Of a stretch of DNA of 64,000 nucleotides, positions 60,146 through 64,000 are shown piece by piece. Numbering within the stretch: the first letter of the stretch is position 1; the number at the start of each line of letters is the position of its first letter. Source of the stretch: an uncultured delta proteobacterium (GTDB lineage Bacteria; Desulfobacterota; RBG-13-43-22); NCBI GenBank assembly GCA_963790475.1, contig CAWBOS010000010.1, forward strand, positions 1,792,001-1,856,000, read 5' to 3'. The notes under the pieces were generated by a model that had not been told where the DNA came from, ran no database searches, and saw only the letters and a list, made by a program, of their open reading frames with translations. The position numbers and the translations under genes were made by a program.

Positions 60146-61202
60146 ATGGTGAATACAGTCGCTATCGCCTTAAGCGGGGGAATTGACAGCGCCCTTTCCG
60201 CCTATCTCTTAAAAAAGGAAGGCCACCGGGTCATAGGTCTCCATGCCGACTTCGGATTTTCCCCGGAACCCGCCCTCCCCTGGCTGGAAAAAATAACCGC
60301 CTTCTTGAAGATCCCCCTGGAAGTTATTTCCCTAAAAGAGATTTTTCAAAAAAGGGTAGTGGATTATTTTATCTCCGAATATGCCCTGGGACGGACCCCC
60401 AATCCTTGTGTGGTCTGCAATCCCCTTGTCAAGTTTGATCTGCTGTACCAGAAAGGATTGAGCCTAGGGGCCGACTTTTTTGCCACCGGGCATTATGCCC
60501 GAATTGTCCAAGCCCCCTGGGGGGAGGGATTGCTCATTGCCAGAGGACTGGACAACACTAAGGATCAATCCTATTTTTTACACAGAGTTAGGCAGTCAAA
60601 ACCTTAAGCGAATTCTATTCCCTTTGGGCCCCTGGACTAAAAACCACGTTCGGGGCATGGCCCGGGAAATCGGTCTTCCGGTGAACCCCAAAGGGGAAAG
60701 TCAGGATATCTGTTTCCTGCCCAAGGGAGGCTACCGGGAGTTTCTGCTTAAACATATCCCTTCCAAACTTATCCGGTCCGGGGAAATTGTGGACATCCAG
60801 GGAAGAAAGCTGGGGACCCATCAAGGACTGTTCGCTTATACCATCGGACAAAGAAGAGGACTGGGTTTGCCGGCAGCAGAACCCTATTATGTAATCCGTC
60901 TGGAACCTGATCTCAACCGATTGGTCATTGGCGGAAAGAAGGATTTGGAATCTTCGGGTTGTCTCCTTTCCGATGTCTATTTCATATCCCGCCCTCCTGA
61001 AATCGACGGCTTGGAGATCATGGTCCAGGTCCGATATCGGCACAAAGCGGCTAAGGCCCGATTACACGTCGGAGAAGGTCAGGGGCTGGAGATCCATTTT
61101 CAAAATCCGCAAAATGCGGTTACTCCAGGTCAGGCCGCGGTCATCTATTGGGAGGATAAAGTTCTGGGAGGGGGCTGGATTGAAACCACCTGGAAAGAGT
61201 AA
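60146..61202 (+). CDS. mnmA: tRNA 2-thiouridine(34) synthase MnmA (frameshift near 60600)
   Basis: SGGIDS, PNPCVVCN, ATGHYA, KDQSYFL, then ESQDICF, YTIGQRRG, TPGQ in the shifted frame. Confidence 0.93.
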
Positions 61203-62511
61203 TCCTTTAAAGGTAGCGATACACACCCTGGGCTGTAAAGTCAACCAGTTTGAATCCGCCTGCCTGCAGGAGCGATTTCAGTCCCAGGGATGGGAAACGG
61301 TGTCCTTTAAGGAAGAGGCCGATCTTTATATCATCAACAGTTGCGCGGTTACCGCCGAGGCCCAGAGGCAATCGGCTCAGATGGTCAGGAAGGCCGTTCG
61401 GGACCATCCACAATCCAGGGTCATAGCTGCCGGATGTGCCGGCCAGCTCTTTCCCGAGGAATTCGAAAAGATCCCCGGGTTGAATTATGTGATCGGCCAT
61501 TTCAATAAACTGCAAATCCCTGATCTGCCGGCCTCACCGGAAAAGACAAAGACCTGCCGAACGATCCTGCTGCCGCAAGCCGAACAGCCTCTCGAAGCGC
61601 GCTTTCCTTTGCCCGGTAAAAAAACGAGGGCCTTTTTGCGCATTCAGGACGGCTGTAACGCCCATTGCAGTTACTGTCTGGTCCCCAGAGCCAGGGGGCG
61701 ATCCAGAAGCCTGCCCGTGGAAGAAGTAATTTCCGGGGTAACACTATTAAATGACCGGGGCGTCAAGGAACTGGTCCTGAGCGGCATCCACCTGGGGCAA
61801 TACGGGGCAGACCTTTCCCCGGCCGCCACCTTGGCTTCTCTTTTAGAAATCCTTCTTCAAAAACATCCTCATCTCTATTTCAGGATAAGTTCGCTGGAAC
61901 CCCGGGAGGTCACCCCTGCCCTGCTTGACCTGATTAAGGAATTCCCCAACTTGTGCCCCCATCTCCATATCCCCTTACAGTCCGGAGCTGATTCCATCCT
62001 GCAAAAAATGAATCGCAACTATTCGGTGGATTTCTATCGTCATTTGATTCAGACGATCCACCGGAAAATTCCCCTGGCTGCGATCGGGGCCGATCTGATC
62101 GTCGGCTTTCCAGGGGAAAGGGAAATCCAATTCCAGGAAACCATAAACTTTTTGTCGGAAATCCCTTTATCCTACCTCCACATCTTTCCTTTTTCCCCCC
62201 GTCCTGGAACCCCGGCAGCCGGATTTCCCGATCCGGTCCCGGAGAAAACAAAAAAAGAACACCTGCGGATCATCCGGGACATTGACCGCCGGAAGAGAGA
62301 ATCATTTAACCGCCGCTGTCTGACCCATGACTTTTCTGCCCTTGTCCTGCAACCCGCCAAAGAAAAAGGATGGACCCAAGTCCTGACAGAAAATTACCTG
62401 ACCGTTTCTATCCCCGGAAGGCTTAAAAGGAACGAGCGGATCCGGGTCCTACTGAAGACCCTGGATCCCGCCGGTCTGAAGGGAGAATATATCCTTAGTC
62501 AGGTTTATTGA
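61180..62511 (+). CDS. mtaB: tRNA methylthiotransferase MtaB
   Basis: TLGCKVNQFE, NSCAVT, IQDGCNAHCSYC, HIFPFSPRPGT. Confidence 0.92.
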   Translation: MKPPGKSNPLKVAIHTLGCKVNQFESACLQERFQSQGWETVSFKEEADLYIINSCAVTAEAQRQSAQMVRKAVRDHPQSRVIAAGCAGQLFPEEFEKIPGLNYVIGHFNKLQIPDLPASPEKTKTCRTILLPQAEQPLEARFPLPGKKTRAFLRIQDGCNAHCSYCLVPRARGRSRSLPVEEVISGVTLLNDRGVKELVLSGIHLGQYGADLSPAATLASLLEILLQKHPHLYFRISSLEPREVTPALLDLIKEFPNLCPHLHIPLQSGADSILQKMNRNYSVDFYRHLIQTIHRKIPLAAIGADLIVGFPGEREIQFQETINFLSEIPLSYLHIFPFSPRPGTPAAGFPDPVPEKTKKEHLRIIRDIDRRKRESFNRRCLTHDFSALVLQPAKEKGWTQVLTENYLTVSIPGRLKRNERIRVLLKTLDPAGLKGEYILSQVY

Positions 62512-62635
62512 ACTTGTTTGCCTGCCGCTGGGCCGGCGTGATGCAGGCGGATAATATCCTTGACTACTCTTTATCGTCTATTTTATATTCGTTTCATCCT
62601 AAGGAGCATTCTGATTAAAATTGAAGGGGGAGATT

Positions 62636-63247
62636 ATGAAAAGGGAATGGATGAAGGTAGCCTCTTTGTCGGTCTTGGTGCTTTTTGCCTGCAGTTGTGC
62701 CTCCATGTCCAAAAAAGAAATAAAATCGGAGAAGGAGAGTGCCGAGGATTATTATCACAAAGGCATGAAGGAGTATAAGGAAGGGGACTATGAAGACGCC
62801 ACGGTTGCCTTTAAAAAGGCTGTTGAGATAGACGGTAAATACTTTAAAGCCTACTACGCCCTGGGTCAGTCCTACGAAAAGCGGAACAAGACTAAGGAAG
62901 CGGAAGAGGCCTATGAGGATGCCCTTAAGATTGACCCCAAATCCCTGCCTGTCAGGGAGGCTCTGGGGCTGAATTATTTTCACCAGAAAAAAAATGGCGA
63001 GGCGGAAAAGCATTTAAAAGAGGCCAGAGCCCTCGGCAGCAAAAAAGCAGAAGTTTATTACTGTTTGGGAGAAATCGAGCAGAGGGAACACTCCTGCAAA
63101 ACAGCCATAGTCGCCTTTAAACAGGCCTTAAAGCTGAACCCGGATTATATGGTGGCGCGCAACGGTCTTAAAGCCGCTGAAGAAGCCTGTAGGCAGAGGC
63201 AGCAGCCTTCTCCCGTTCCGCAACAGAGGTCCATCCAGCCGAAATAA
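62636..63247 (+). CDS. TPR-repeat lipoprotein
   Basis: Lipobox (ACSC); repeated AYYALG/YYCLG..A..L.P motifs. Confidence 0.88.
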   Translation: MKREWMKVASLSVLVLFACSCASMSKKEIKSEKESAEDYYHKGMKEYKEGDYEDATVAFKKAVEIDGKYFKAYYALGQSYEKRNKTKEAEEAYEDALKIDPKSLPVREALGLNYFHQKKNGEAEKHLKEARALGSKKAEVYYCLGEIEQREHSCKTAIVAFKQALKLNPDYMVARNGLKAAEEACRQRQQPSPVPQQRSIQPK

Positions 63248-63267
63248 AGGAGAAGAGACACCTGACC

Positions 63268-63293
63268 GACCTCCGGCAGAACCGGAGGCTTGA
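63268..63293. repeat. Solo copy of the IS200 subterminal hairpin
   Basis: gacctccggcagaaccggaggcttga vs gacctccggcaaagccggaggcttga at 52900. Confidence 0.7.
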
Positions 63294-63342
63294 TATTTGC
63301 TGGCCTCTAACAGGCCTGATCGCAAATAAAAAAACCTTGATT

Positions 63343-63387
63343 AAATCCCTCCCGACCTCCCCTTTGAAAAGGGGGATTGAGGGGGAT
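63343..63387. repeat. REP-like palindrome
   Basis: aaatccctccc..ccccttt/aaagggggattgagggggat. Confidence 0.7.
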
Positions 63388-63416
63388 GTGGTTCCTTCAA
63401 AACTACATCACCCCGC

Positions 63417-64000
63417 TTATAGATAACCGGCGGCGGCGTACTGCTTGATCTTTTGGGGGATCACCGTTTCCCAATAATAATCGAAGTTAAACCCCGAATA
63501 ATCATGGAAAGGGGCCGGCCCGGTATCCACCAGCAAACATTGACAGCCTTTCCCTTTCAAGACCACAAAAATATTATTGGGACTAACCGAGGTCTTCACT
63601 TCCGGGGTTTTGATGAACAGATCCAACAGCCGGTCGATGAAGACCTGTACGGTCTCCCGCACCTGTTGATAGGCCGAACTCCCCGGTCCACCCAGAGAAT
63701 AGTAGATTTTGGCCAGGGATTCGCCTGCCAGCCGTTCCTTGATCATGAAACTTCCGTAAGGATCGCTGGACAGGATGCGCGGCACAGGAACACCCTGCTT
63801 TTCGAAAAACTCGGTCACCTCATATTCATCTTTCAGATGATTTCGACTGTAGGCGCGAGGCTTGGCGATCTTTAAAACCGCCTGATGGGCTTCCTGGTAA
63901 TCGTAGACAATACCGTTCTCCCCCTCCCCGATCCTGGGCAGTATAACGGTATATTGGTTCCCGGCCAGGTTGATAGGGATCAATCCGGTCTTAAAGCTGG
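63417..64000 (-). CDS. Protein kinase-like fold protein (frame open to the window edge)
   Basis: IGEGENGIVY, VLKIA, VPVPRIL, PNNIF, VDTG. Confidence 0.7.
   Translation of the reverse strand, partial: SFKTGLIPINLAGNQYTVILPRIGEGENGIVYDYQEAHQAVLKIAKPRAYSRNHLKDEYEVTEFFEKQGVPVPRILSSDPYGSFMIKERLAGESLAKIYYSLGGPGSSAYQQVRETVQVFIDRLLDLFIKTPEVKTSVSPNNIFVVLKGKGCQCLLVDTGPAPFHDYSGFNFDYYWETVIPQKIKQYAAAGYL

Overview
This is a 64-kb bacterial chromosomal window, most consistent with an anaerobic Desulfobacterota (deltaproteobacterial) genome: it has a QrcABCD complex, split type IV pilus loci, an rpsA-sppA block and many lineage-typical palindromic repeats. The left ~27 kb is accessory. It holds a peptide ABC transporter, oxidoreductases, a decayed integron-like cassette array (attC-like sites, YefM-YoeB, a dead OXA-type beta-lactamase), a Tat-exported XDH-family molybdoenzyme, a stress cluster (USP, SOD, Spy/CpxP, MsrA) and several gene remnants. 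The right part is mostly core (recN, csp, pilD/fimT/pilW/pilX, Sua5/YciO family, sppA, rpsA, cmk, hisC, IHF/HU, a large Alu-containing SRP RNA, pilMNOPQ, qrcABCD with an IS200 between qrcA and qrcB, mnmA, mtaB). The top candidate for an undescribed system is a ~1.95-kb element (20416-22373). It encodes a 552-aa protein with Rep_trans-like rolling-circle initiator motifs and a C-terminal winged-HTH-like region. The gene is preceded by a densely structured ~250-nt leader, followed by a terminal hairpin, and bounded by a TTAGG direct repeat with no terminal inverted repeats. Many single-base frameshifts in homopolymers of core genes look like long-read sequencing errors. All family assignments are from motif recognition, not database searches.
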